Under the pieces are notes generated by a model. That model saw only the letters and a program-made list of their open reading frames with translations. It had not been told where the DNA came from and made no database searches. A stretch of DNA of 64,000 bases, taken from positions 11,276 through 75,275 of the forward strand of contig CAZIXE010000010.1 of assembly GCA_964543235.1 (NCBI GenBank), read 5' to 3'. Made by a program: the position numbers and the translations under genes. Of the stretch, positions 25,099 through 33,586 are shown one piece after another; positions within the stretch are counted from its first letter, which is position 1, and each line of letters opens with the position of its first letter. The stretch comes from an uncultured Rhizobiaceae bacterium (GTDB taxonomy: Bacteria; Pseudomonadota; Alphaproteobacteria; Rhizobiales; Aestuariivirgaceae).

Positions 25099-27090
25099 TC
25101 ACAGCACGAGATCGGTAACGTCGAGCTTCGTCTCGGACTGGAGCCTGATCGACAGCTCGGCGATGCCATCGCCATTGATATCGCCGTTGAGCAGCGTGAA
25201 GCCGTCCCCGATCGCGAGGCGAAGTTCGCCGGCCGTTCCGGAGAAGGCGCTGGTGACGATGAAGGTGAAGGCGTTGTTGCCCGCTTTGTCGCTGCGGGCA
25301 TCGATGGTGTGCAGATCGATGATGTCGCCGCCGGACAGGCTGAAGCCTTCGATGCGGTCGCGCCCGGACGGGCTGGATTGCATGACCGAACCATAGACAT
25401 AGGTGTCGGCGCCGCTGCCGCCGCGCATGAGATCGGCGCCCGCCCCGCCGCTCAGCAGGTCATCGCCCGATCCGCCATCGAGCGTGTCGTTGCCGCCGCC
25501 ACCGGCGAGCCGGTTGTTCCCGGATGTGCCGTCGATGATGTTCGCAAGGGCATTGCCCGTGCCGTTGATGTTGGCGATTCCTGTGAGGTCGAGATGTTCG
25601 ACATTGCCTGGCAGGCGAAAATCGATCGAGGCCAGCACGGTGTCCTTGCCGCCATTTGCGAGATCGATGATGCGGCACATTGCATCCCGGACGATGTAGG
25701 TATCATTGCCGGCCCCGCCTGCCAGGCGGTCGGCTCCCGTACCGCCATCGAGAGTGTCGGCGCCGCCGCGCCCGAAGAAGTGGTCCGTCTCGATTCCACC
25801 CGTCAGGAGATCGGCTCCGGACGTGCCGGTCATCACCAGCAGCGTGCTTCCATTGACGAGCCTGAGGTCACCGCGCACCTGGCCGCCGATGACATTGTTG
25901 ATGATGGCGTTGAAGCCGGTTCCCTCCGCCGCCTCCTCGATCCCATAGCGCGATGCGAAGGCGCCATCCGACACGATGATGTTGCCGGCAATCAGCACAT
26001 GGCTGCCGGCGAACAGCGAAGCCGTTGTGGTGTCGGGATAGGATTGGATCGCCACCGCCGAATAGAGATCGTTGCCCGCCTGCGAATTGTTGGCGATGGT
26101 CGAGTTCTGCACCGTGATGAAGGACGAACCGAGGATGCGCACGCCATAGCCCAGGTTGTCATGAATGTCGGCATTGTCGATGAGGACATGGCTGGACATC
26201 TGCACCTGGATGCCGGCCCGGACATTCGCGTAATACTCGCCACCGGAGATCACGATGTTGGAGGGACCCGGAATATCCTCGCTGCCGCGCTGTACGATGA
26301 TGCCGCTGCCGCCCGTGGCGCCGCCGCCATTGCCATAGGCGATGTTGTTCAGCATCAGGAAATCGTTTGTGGTCGTCGTGATATTGAAGCCATGCCGGTC
26401 ATTGTTGTACGCGACATTGCCCTCATACTGGCCGTCGATCACATAGTCGGCGACGAATCCGTCAAGTCCGTTCCCGTGCGCGATGCAGTCTTTGATCAGC
26501 AGCCGTTCGGTGCGCTCGTGCGGATCGAAGCCATAACCGGAGCAGTCGCGCGCCTCGACCCTGAGCAGATAGACATCGCTGTCGGTGATGGCCTCGCCCG
26601 GCGTTCCGCCCGAAAAGAACGCATCGACCTTGCCCCCGGCGTTGCTGCGGTTGCCGTCAAGCGTGATGTCGGCCACACCGTAATTGACCGTCGCTTCACC
26701 ATGCGGTGACCGGACGATCCCGGTGAACTTGACCGTGTTGCTGTCCAGCACCCGGAGCACGGTTTCTCCCATGCCATCGCCCTTGAGAAACACGTTGCTG
26801 CGCAGTTGCAGCCCGCCCGGCTCGTCGGGGTTCTTGCCGATCCCATAGGTGCCGGCGGGGATGTAGACGATGCCGCCACCGGCGGCATGTGCCGCATCGA
26901 TCGCCCCCTGGATGGCCGCCCGGCTGTCGACGGCGGGATCGCCGCTGGCGCCAAAATCGCGGACATCATAGACATCCGGCCCGGCAGGGGCGCCCTCTGC
27001 AAAGAAGGCGGCAGGTGGATCGTAGTCATAGTCCGGCCGCACGCTAATCCCGTCGGCACTGGTGATGGCGCCCGCTGTCGGCTCTGGCAT
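25099..27090 (-). CDS. secreted AlgE-type mannuronan C5-epimerase-like protein (beta-helix A-module + RTX Ca-binding R-module)
   Basis: Start taken at ATG 27090 (GGGAGA SD). Extended blocks match my memory of Azotobacter AlgE4: VYDVRDFGA, GMGETV, DITLDGNR, SGYGFDPHE (26515-26535), HGNGLDGFVADY, NNDRHGFN, NIAYGNG, NADIHDN. The C-terminus has GGxGxD nonapeptide repeats. Confidence 0.8.
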   Translation of the reverse strand: MPEPTAGAITSADGISVRPDYDYDPPAAFFAEGAPAGPDVYDVRDFGASGDPAVDSRAAIQGAIDAAHAAGGGIVYIPAGTYGIGKNPDEPGGLQLRSNVFLKGDGMGETVLRVLDSNTVKFTGIVRSPHGEATVNYGVADITLDGNRSNAGGKVDAFFSGGTPGEAITDSDVYLLRVEARDCSGYGFDPHERTERLLIKDCIAHGNGLDGFVADYVIDGQYEGNVAYNNDRHGFNITTTTNDFLMLNNIAYGNGGGATGGSGIIVQRGSEDIPGPSNIVISGGEYYANVRAGIQVQMSSHVLIDNADIHDNLGYGVRILGSSFITVQNSTIANNSQAGNDLYSAVAIQSYPDTTTASLFAGSHVLIAGNIIVSDGAFASRYGIEEAAEGTGFNAIINNVIGGQVRGDLRLVNGSTLLVMTGTSGADLLTGGIETDHFFGRGGADTLDGGTGADRLAGGAGNDTYIVRDAMCRIIDLANGGKDTVLASIDFRLPGNVEHLDLTGIANINGTGNALANIIDGTSGNNRLAGGGGNDTLDGGSGDDLLSGGAGADLMRGGSGADTYVYGSVMQSSPSGRDRIEGFSLSGGDIIDLHTIDARSDKAGNNAFTFIVTSAFSGTAGELRLAIGDGFTLLNGDINGDGIAELSIRLQSETKLDVTDLVL

Positions 27091-27258
27091 TGGTTCTCCC
27101 TGTCCGCGGGCACGCTGTACCACACGCAGAGCTGGCATGACCCTGCGGAACTGCCTTATGTTTAGCTACCCGTTAACGGCCGCCTTGGCAGGGCCTGTGA
27201 GCAGGGTGGCAATTCTGTATCATTGCTGTCATTTGAGTTCCGGCCGGCATCACGATCG

Positions 27259-28938
27259 ATGAAGATTCCCGCTTCAGGCACGCTTTCCCAGCGCTTGCGC
27301 CTTGCGACCGGTCTGGTGCTCTTTGCCTATGTGGTGACCCATCTCGGAAACCACGCTTTGGGCCTCGTCGACGTCGAGACCATGCAGCTGGCGCGCAAGT
27401 ACCGGCTCATGGTCACGCGGTCCTATCCGGGCCAGGCGATCCTGATCGGCGCCGCCCTCACCCATCTGGGCCTCGGCGTTTACAAGTTCCTCGAACGCCG
27501 TACGCTCCGCATCAGCATTCCCGAAATCATCCAGCTGAGCTTCGGGCTGCTGATCCCCCTCATGCTCATGCGTCACATCCTGGGCATGCGGGGCGCCAAG
27601 TTCTTCTTCGATGTCGACGACAACTACTATTACGCGCTTTGGGTCATGTGGCCGGCTGAAGGCCTGTGGCAGGCAACGCTCATCCTGCTGGCCTGGGTCC
27701 ATTGCTGGATCGGCCTGTTCCACTGGCTGCGCCTGAAGCCCTGGTTCCTGAAGGCCAGAGCATTCTTCGTGACCTTCGTGGTGCTTTGGCCCGTGCTCGG
27801 CTATGCGGGTTTTGTCATGGCCGCGCGTGTCGTCCAGCTCGAGACCGAGTTCGACTATCCTTTCACCGATGAGCAGTTCGCGTTCCTGGACAGGGCCATG
27901 CGCATCGCCCTCTATGGCTATGGTGCCTTTCTGGTGCTGCTGGTGATGGTCCGCGTGGTCCGCGCCGGCATCGAGCGCCTGCTGCCCCGCATTGCTGTCG
28001 CCTATGCCGGTGGCCCGACCTTGCGGGTGCCGGTCGGCTACACGCTGCTCGAGGTCAGCCGCATGCACGACGTGCCGCATGCATCGATCTGCGGTGGCCG
28101 CGCCCGCTGCTCGACCTGCCGCGTGCGAATCCTGCAGGGACTGGAACAACTGCCTGAACCCGGGCCGGCTGAGCGGCGGGTGCTCGAGCGGATTGGCGCT
28201 GCCGTCAATGTCCGCCTCGCATGCCAGCTCCGGCCCAGGACCGATGTTTCGATCGCAACGCTCTTGCCGGCGCAGCGCACCTGGTTTCTCGAGTCGGCGC
28301 TCTACGACAAGTACTATTGGGGCGTGGAAGAGCAGGTCACGATCATGTTCTGTGATCTACGTGGCTTCACCGCACTGTCCGAGAAGCGGCTGCCGTTCGA
28401 TGTCGTCTTTATCCTCAATCAGTATCTCAGCCGGCTTACCGAAATCATTGAAGATGCAGGTGGTTATGTCGACAAGTTCATCGGGGACGGAGTCATGGCG
28501 ATCTTTGGCATCGGCCAGCCCGTCGAGGTCGGTGCGCGCCAGGCGCTGGCCGCCGCCCGGGCGACTGGCGGCATTCTCGAGGCGCTGAATGTCAGCCTCG
28601 GCGCGGACTTGCCCGAGCCCCTCAACATCGCCATCGGTATCGATACCGGCACCGTCATTCTGGGTCGCATCGGCTCTGCCGAGAAGGAGCATGGGGCGCG
28701 CCACATCACGGCGTTGGGGGATACGGTCAACAGTGCGAGCCGCCTCGAGGTTGCATGCCGCGACCTCGACGCCCAGCTTCTCATTTCCAGGCGTACGCTG
28801 CAGGCGGCAGGAATGAAAGAAGCCAATGCCGAATATATCACCATTGCTGTCCGCGGCCGGCGCGAACCCTTGGAGGTTTTGCCTGTTTCTTGGGCAATAG
28901 ATTCGCCGAATCCTCCTCAAACCCTTCAAACCGCCTGA
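27259..28938 (+). CDS. membrane-anchored [2Fe-2S] ferredoxin / class III adenylate-guanylate cyclase fusion
   Basis: ATG at 27259. The N-terminus has about 5 TM helices with conserved His (THLGNHALG). A plant-type ferredoxin Cys cluster follows (ICGGRARCSTCRV...ACQ). The C-terminus is a cyclase homology domain (MFCDLRGFT, KFIGDGVMA, GDTVNSASR). Confidence 0.8.
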   Translation: MKIPASGTLSQRLRLATGLVLFAYVVTHLGNHALGLVDVETMQLARKYRLMVTRSYPGQAILIGAALTHLGLGVYKFLERRTLRISIPEIIQLSFGLLIPLMLMRHILGMRGAKFFFDVDDNYYYALWVMWPAEGLWQATLILLAWVHCWIGLFHWLRLKPWFLKARAFFVTFVVLWPVLGYAGFVMAARVVQLETEFDYPFTDEQFAFLDRAMRIALYGYGAFLVLLVMVRVVRAGIERLLPRIAVAYAGGPTLRVPVGYTLLEVSRMHDVPHASICGGRARCSTCRVRILQGLEQLPEPGPAERRVLERIGAAVNVRLACQLRPRTDVSIATLLPAQRTWFLESALYDKYYWGVEEQVTIMFCDLRGFTALSEKRLPFDVVFILNQYLSRLTEIIEDAGGYVDKFIGDGVMAIFGIGQPVEVGARQALAAARATGGILEALNVSLGADLPEPLNIAIGIDTGTVILGRIGSAEKEHGARHITALGDTVNSASRLEVACRDLDAQLLISRRTLQAAGMKEANAEYITIAVRGRREPLEVLPVSWAIDSPNPPQTLQTA

Positions 28939-28990
28939 TTTGGTTGACCATTTGTGACCAATTTCATACCGATTGACACCGGATTGGTTG
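28937..28990. promoter_or_regulatory. ATT(T)GGT / ACCAAT boxes and phased TGACCA repeats upstream of the APC permease
   Basis: Boxes: ATTTGGT 28938-44, TGGTTGACCA 28941-50, TGACCA 28955-60, ACCAAT 28957-62, ATTGGT 28983-88. Confidence 0.3.
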
Positions 28991-29229
28991 CGGATCACTA
29001 TCTGTCCCGGGTCGGGGAAGTTGGGGGCGCGGGATGGACAAGCGATCAGACAAAGCATCGTCCGCCTCGCTGCTGTTCCCGGGGATGTCTGAACAGTCGG
29101 CGGCTGCCCTGATATTTCCCGGATGTCCCCGCCTCCGGCCTGACACCAGCTCGACTTGCGGCACCGCCCGCCCGCCCGCGGGGACCGGGCTCGCCGCCAA
29201 ACAAACAATCACACAAGGAGGAACTGCCA

Positions 29230-31023
29230 ATGGCAGTGGTTGCTGAGGCCACCGGCGTGGCCAAACCTGGCTCGGGCGAACTGATCCGGGCCATTGACTG
29301 GAAGGATACGTTCTGGGTCGTCAGCGGCGTAATTCCGCTCGTCCTGTTTTCGATCGGCGGCATTGCCGGCACCACCGGCAAGCTGGCCTTCCTGGTGTGG
29401 GCCATCTCGGTCATCATGGGCTTTTTCCAGTCCTTCACCTATGCCGAGATCGCCGGCCTCTATCCCAACAAGTCGGGCGGCGCCTCGGTCTATGGCGCCA
29501 CTGCCTGGCTGAAGTACTCGAAGTTCATCGCGCCGCTGTCGGTCTGGTGCAACTGGTTCGCCTGGTCGCCGGTGCTGTCGCTCGGCTGCGTGCTTGCCGC
29601 CGGCTACATCCTCAATGCGCTGTTTCCGATACCCACTGCCGACGCGCCGGCGGTACAGGCCTGGATACAGGCCAATGCCGCCTCGATCACCGCCGACTCG
29701 CCGCGTGTCGCCGAATGGCTCGCCGATGCGGCCAACGCCGGCAAGACGGCACCGGACGCGATTGCCGCGCTGTTGGCCCAGGATGGTGTCGCAGCCCTGA
29801 CCCCGGCGATCCGCAATTGGGAACTCCTGAGTTTCCAGGTACCGGGCATCGGCATGGCTCATATCAATGCCTACTTTGTGATTGGCGCGCTGATCATGCT
29901 GATCGTCTTCATGATTCAGGACCGCGGTATCATGCGCACCGCCAGTGTCCAGAAAATCATGGGCATCCTCGTCATCGTGCCGATGGTAGTGATCGGCATC
30001 TGGCCGATCATTACCGGCTCCATCAACTACTCGAACTTCACCAACCTTGTTCCTCCCGATCAGGCCTATTCGGCGGCTCCCGGGGCATGGAGTATTGGCG
30101 GCTGGACGCTGTTCCTAGGCGGGCTCTACATCGCGGCCTGGTCGACCTATGCCTTCGAGACCGCCGTCTGCTACACGCGCGAATTCAAGAACCCCGCCAC
30201 CGACACCGTGAAGGCGATCGTCGCTGCCGGCCTCTTTGCCGTTGCCATGTACATCCTGATTCCCTTTGCTTTCCAGGGTGTGCTTGGCGTTGAGGGCATG
30301 CTGGCCGCGCCCATCGTCGACGGATCCGGCATCGGTGAAGCGCTTGCCGGCCTTGTCAATGGCGGACCCGTGATCACCCAGATCCTGGTCATGCTGATGA
30401 TCGTGGCGCTGCTGCTTGCCATCATGACCGCCATGGCGGGTTCCTCGCGCACGCTGTACCAGGCGTCGCGCGATGGCTGGCTGCCGCGCTATCTCAATCA
30501 CGTGAACAGCCACGGCGCGCCCAACCGCGCCATGTGGACCGACTTTGGTTTCAACATCATCCTGCTGGCCCTTGCCTCCGACCCGGTCGGCTACTTCTTC
30601 GTGCTGGCCGTCTCGAATGTTGGCTACATCATCTTCAATTTCCTCAACCTCAATGCCGGCTGGATCCACCGCATCGATTCCGGTCACATCAAGCGGCCGT
30701 GGAAGGCGCCGACCTGGCTTATCGGCTTCAACACCATGCTTGCCTTCGTCAACGCCCTCTTCCTCGGCGCCGGCGCCAAGGTGTGGGGCTATGAGACCGC
30801 CCTGTGGTGGGGACTGGCATTTGCCGCCCTCATCCTTCCGGTCTTTGCCTTCCGCCACTATGTCCAGGACGCCGGCAGGTTCCCGCCCAATGCGCTGGAG
30901 GATCTGGGGCTGACCGGCGGTGATCTGGGCGTGAGGAGGGCGGGCATCCTGCCATACCTCGCACTTGCCGCAGGCATGGTCGTGGTCTTGTGGGCCAACT
31001 GGTTCTTCGTGCTGCCTGGCTAG
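29230..31023 (+). CDS. APC-superfamily amino acid/polyamine/organocation permease
   Basis: 597 aa. ATG follows AAGGAGGA. The product is polytopic with an APC-type N-terminal signature (FQSFTYAEIAGLYPNKSGGASVY). Confidence 0.85.
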   Translation: MAVVAEATGVAKPGSGELIRAIDWKDTFWVVSGVIPLVLFSIGGIAGTTGKLAFLVWAISVIMGFFQSFTYAEIAGLYPNKSGGASVYGATAWLKYSKFIAPLSVWCNWFAWSPVLSLGCVLAAGYILNALFPIPTADAPAVQAWIQANAASITADSPRVAEWLADAANAGKTAPDAIAALLAQDGVAALTPAIRNWELLSFQVPGIGMAHINAYFVIGALIMLIVFMIQDRGIMRTASVQKIMGILVIVPMVVIGIWPIITGSINYSNFTNLVPPDQAYSAAPGAWSIGGWTLFLGGLYIAAWSTYAFETAVCYTREFKNPATDTVKAIVAAGLFAVAMYILIPFAFQGVLGVEGMLAAPIVDGSGIGEALAGLVNGGPVITQILVMLMIVALLLAIMTAMAGSSRTLYQASRDGWLPRYLNHVNSHGAPNRAMWTDFGFNIILLALASDPVGYFFVLAVSNVGYIIFNFLNLNAGWIHRIDSGHIKRPWKAPTWLIGFNTMLAFVNALFLGAGAKVWGYETALWWGLAFAALILPVFAFRHYVQDAGRFPPNALEDLGLTGGDLGVRRAGILPYLALAAGMVVVLWANWFFVLPG

Positions 31024-31042
31024 CCCCGCTACCGCCGGCGTG

Positions 31043-31076
31043 GCAACCGGTGGCTCCCGGCCGCCGGTTGCTCTTT
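31043..31076 (+). terminator. rho-independent terminator candidate
   Basis: GCAACCGG (31043-50) pairs with CCGGTTGC (31064-71) and is followed by TCTTT. It lies 20 nt after the APC permease stop. Confidence 0.55.
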
Positions 31077-31140
31077 GCGCGCGACTTGATCTGGGCCCGA
31101 TGGCGGCCATAGTAGGGAGCCGCCAGGGAGTCGCATCCGC

Positions 31141-31692
31141 ATGAGCTTCGTCGCACTTGCCATCATGGCCGCGATTGCGGCCTATGGTGTCTACGCTTTC
31201 AACAGGCTCACCCGGCACAAATATCTCGTGAGCGAAGGCTGGAGCGGCATTGACGTCCAGCTCAAGCGCCGGGCCGATCTTGTGCCCAGTCTCGTTGCGG
31301 TCGTGAAGGCCTATGCCGCCCATGAGCGCAAGCTCTTCGAGGACCTGGCAAGGCTGCGGCAGGAAGCCCTGCATGGCGGCTCCGTCGCGACGCAGGCCGC
31401 ATCCGGCAGGACGATGGCGGAACAGCTGTCACGGCTCTTCGTACTGGCCGAAGCCTATCCCGAGCTGAAGGCGGACGCGAACTTCCGCGCCCTGCAGCAG
31501 CAGCTCGCGGATATCGAAGACCAGCTCCAGATGGCCCGCCGCTACTACAATGGCGCCGTCCGCAACCTGAACACTCTGATCGAACAGGCGCCTTCGAATC
31601 TGGTTGCGGCCGGCTTTGGCTTTCGCAAGGCGGAGTTCTTTCAGCTGGACGATGACAGCCAGCGGCAGGTGCCGCAGGTGGATCTCGGCTGA
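31141..31692 (+). CDS. LemA-family protein
   Basis: 183 aa with an N-terminal TM helix and the LemA core (YNRL..., EGWSGIDVQLKRRADL, ARRYYNGAVRNLN). Confidence 0.9.
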   Translation: MSFVALAIMAAIAAYGVYAFNRLTRHKYLVSEGWSGIDVQLKRRADLVPSLVAVVKAYAAHERKLFEDLARLRQEALHGGSVATQAASGRTMAEQLSRLFVLAEAYPELKADANFRALQQQLADIEDQLQMARRYYNGAVRNLNTLIEQAPSNLVAAGFGFRKAEFFQLDDDSQRQVPQVDLG

Positions 31693-33584
31693 TGCTGGCA
31701 GGGAGGCTGCTACTCATTCTGTTCGGCCTGTGCTGCGCCGTCTCCTCCGCACACGCCGAAGAGCGCATCGCCGCCTTCATCAGTGATGCAACGGTCAATG
31801 CCGACGCATCGCTGACTGTGACCGAAACCATTGTCTGGACTTTCCGGGATGTTGGGCCGAAACGCGGACTGTTGCGCGATTTTCCCACCCGCTATCGCGA
31901 CAGCCGCGGTCTGCGCGTCAATACCGGCTTTGAAGTGCTGTCGGTCACGCGCAACGGCGCTCCCGAACCCTTTGCCGTCGAGTCGATCAGCAACGGCAAG
32001 CGCATCCGCATCGGGAATGCCGACGTCTTTCTGCCCGAAGGCAGTCACCGCTACGCCATGACCTATCGCACCACGCGCCAGCTTGGCTTCTTCGCAGACG
32101 TCGATGAACTCTACTGGAACGTCACCGGCAATGCCTGGTCCATGCCGATTGACAAGGCCACCGCCATCGTTCGCCTGCCGCCGGGGGCCGCAATCCTGCA
32201 GCACGCGGCCTACACCGGTGCACAGGGTGAGAGGGGAAGCGACGTCCATGTTCTGGCGGCCGCAGGCGGCATCTATCGCGCCGAGACCACCCGCCCCCTT
32301 TCACCCGGCGAAGGCTTCACCGTGGCCGTGGGCTTCACCAGGGGTGTTGTGGCGGCGCCGACCGGGGCCGACCGGGCAGGGTGGCTCCTTGCCGACAATG
32401 CCGGCCTCGCCGTCATGGCCGTGAGCCTGCTGGCAGTCTTCGCCTATTTCTTCTCGTCCTGGCTGGCGGTGGGCCGCGATCCGCCGGCCGGCACCATCAT
32501 TCCGCTGTTCGCCGCGCCTCCCGGCCTGGGTCCGGCGGCCGTCCGCTATGTCTGGAAGCAATCCTTTGACGACAAGGCATTCGCTGCCGCGCTCGTCGGC
32601 CTTGCCGTGAAGGGCCGCCTGAGCATCGCCGATCGTGATGGCGAGTTCTCGGTCGAAAAGAAGACCGATGCCGGGCCGGAACTTCTGGCAGGCGAACGTG
32701 CTCTCTTCGCTGCCATCCGCAACGGCACGACCCGTTTCAGGCAGTCAAACCATCGCGCCGTTGCTGCGATGCGCGCCGCCCTGGAGAAAGCTCTCGGCAG
32801 CGAGTTTGACGGCGTGGCCTTCGTGCGCAATCTCGGCCGCTTCTTCATCGGGCTGGCCCTTTCGGTGGCGGGATTGCTTGCCGCAGCATTGCTGCTCCCC
32901 GGCGATGAAGCGATGATGGGTCTGTTCATGAGCCTGTGGACGGGCGGCTGGTGGGCCGGCATCTTGCTGTTTGCCAGAAACGCCATCCGCGGCCTGTTCC
33001 TGAAAGGCATCGCCAGCAAGGCGGGTGCCGTTGCCATGCTGCTGTTCCTCATCCCCTTCGTTCTCGCCGGCACGGCCGGTCCCATTCTCATCCTGGCAGG
33101 CGTTGAGTCGTGGAACCTTTATGCGCTTGCGGCGACCGGCGTCCTCATGGCGCTGATGAATGTCGTCTTCTTCCGCCTCATGCGGGCGCCGACCGTCGCC
33201 GGCCGGCGCATCATGGATCACATCGAGGGTTTCCGCATGTATCTGGAAACGGCAGAGGAAGACCGCCTCAACGCCCTGCATCCCCCCGAAAAGACGCCGG
33301 AACTCTTCGAGAAATTTCTCCCCTATGCCGTGGCGCTCGACTGCGAGAATGCCTGGGCCGCGAAGTTCACTGCCATTCTTGCTGCGGCGGGCGTTGCGGC
33401 GCCGGCCTGGTACGCTGGATCACACTGGAACCCGCGGAGCATCGGCGATTTCACCGACAGTATCGGCTCTGGCCTTGCTGCCGGTACGGCGGCTGCCGCC
33501 TCGCCGCCGGGATCGCATTCAGGCTCGAGCGGCGGCGGATCGTCCGGGGGTGGCGGCGGTGGTGGCGGCGGTTCGAGCTGGTGA
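31692..33584 (+). CDS. DUF2207-family membrane protein
   Basis: 630 aa. The start overlaps the LemA stop (TGATG). The order is signal peptide, large extracytoplasmic domain, TM cluster, and a Gly/Ser-rich tail (SSGGGSSGGGGGGGGGSSW). This is the usual LemA partner. Confidence 0.8.
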   Translation: MLAGRLLLILFGLCCAVSSAHAEERIAAFISDATVNADASLTVTETIVWTFRDVGPKRGLLRDFPTRYRDSRGLRVNTGFEVLSVTRNGAPEPFAVESISNGKRIRIGNADVFLPEGSHRYAMTYRTTRQLGFFADVDELYWNVTGNAWSMPIDKATAIVRLPPGAAILQHAAYTGAQGERGSDVHVLAAAGGIYRAETTRPLSPGEGFTVAVGFTRGVVAAPTGADRAGWLLADNAGLAVMAVSLLAVFAYFFSSWLAVGRDPPAGTIIPLFAAPPGLGPAAVRYVWKQSFDDKAFAAALVGLAVKGRLSIADRDGEFSVEKKTDAGPELLAGERALFAAIRNGTTRFRQSNHRAVAAMRAALEKALGSEFDGVAFVRNLGRFFIGLALSVAGLLAAALLLPGDEAMMGLFMSLWTGGWWAGILLFARNAIRGLFLKGIASKAGAVAMLLFLIPFVLAGTAGPILILAGVESWNLYALAATGVLMALMNVVFFRLMRAPTVAGRRIMDHIEGFRMYLETAEEDRLNALHPPEKTPELFEKFLPYAVALDCENAWAAKFTAILAAAGVAAPAWYAGSHWNPRSIGDFTDSIGSGLAAGTAAAASPPGSHSGSSGGGSSGGGGGGGGGSSW

Positions 33585-33586
33585 GG

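Noticed and set aside
25400-25800. Periodic GGxGxD-coding repeats that look like a DNA repeat array
   Set aside because: They are in-frame RTX nonapeptide repeats inside the epimerase-like CDS. They are not a CRISPR or tandem non-coding repeat, and no spacer/repeat architecture is present.
25309-26709. 466-aa plus-strand ORF
   Set aside because: It is antisense to the AlgE-like gene and is an artefact of the repetitive GC-rich beta-helix/RTX coding sequence.
28971-28992. Possible sigma-54 promoter (TGACAC ... TTGC) upstream of the APC permease
   Set aside because: The GG/GC elements do not fit. The -24 element reads GA rather than GG, and the spacing between the two elements is about 3 nt too long for the TGGCAC-N5-TTGC consensus.
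33535-33581. (GGN)n simple-sequence tract as a possible phase-variation switch
   Set aside because: The tract is made of heterogeneous triplets (GGC/GGT/GGA/GGG), so slippage would stay in frame. It simply encodes the poly-Gly tail of the DUF2207 protein.
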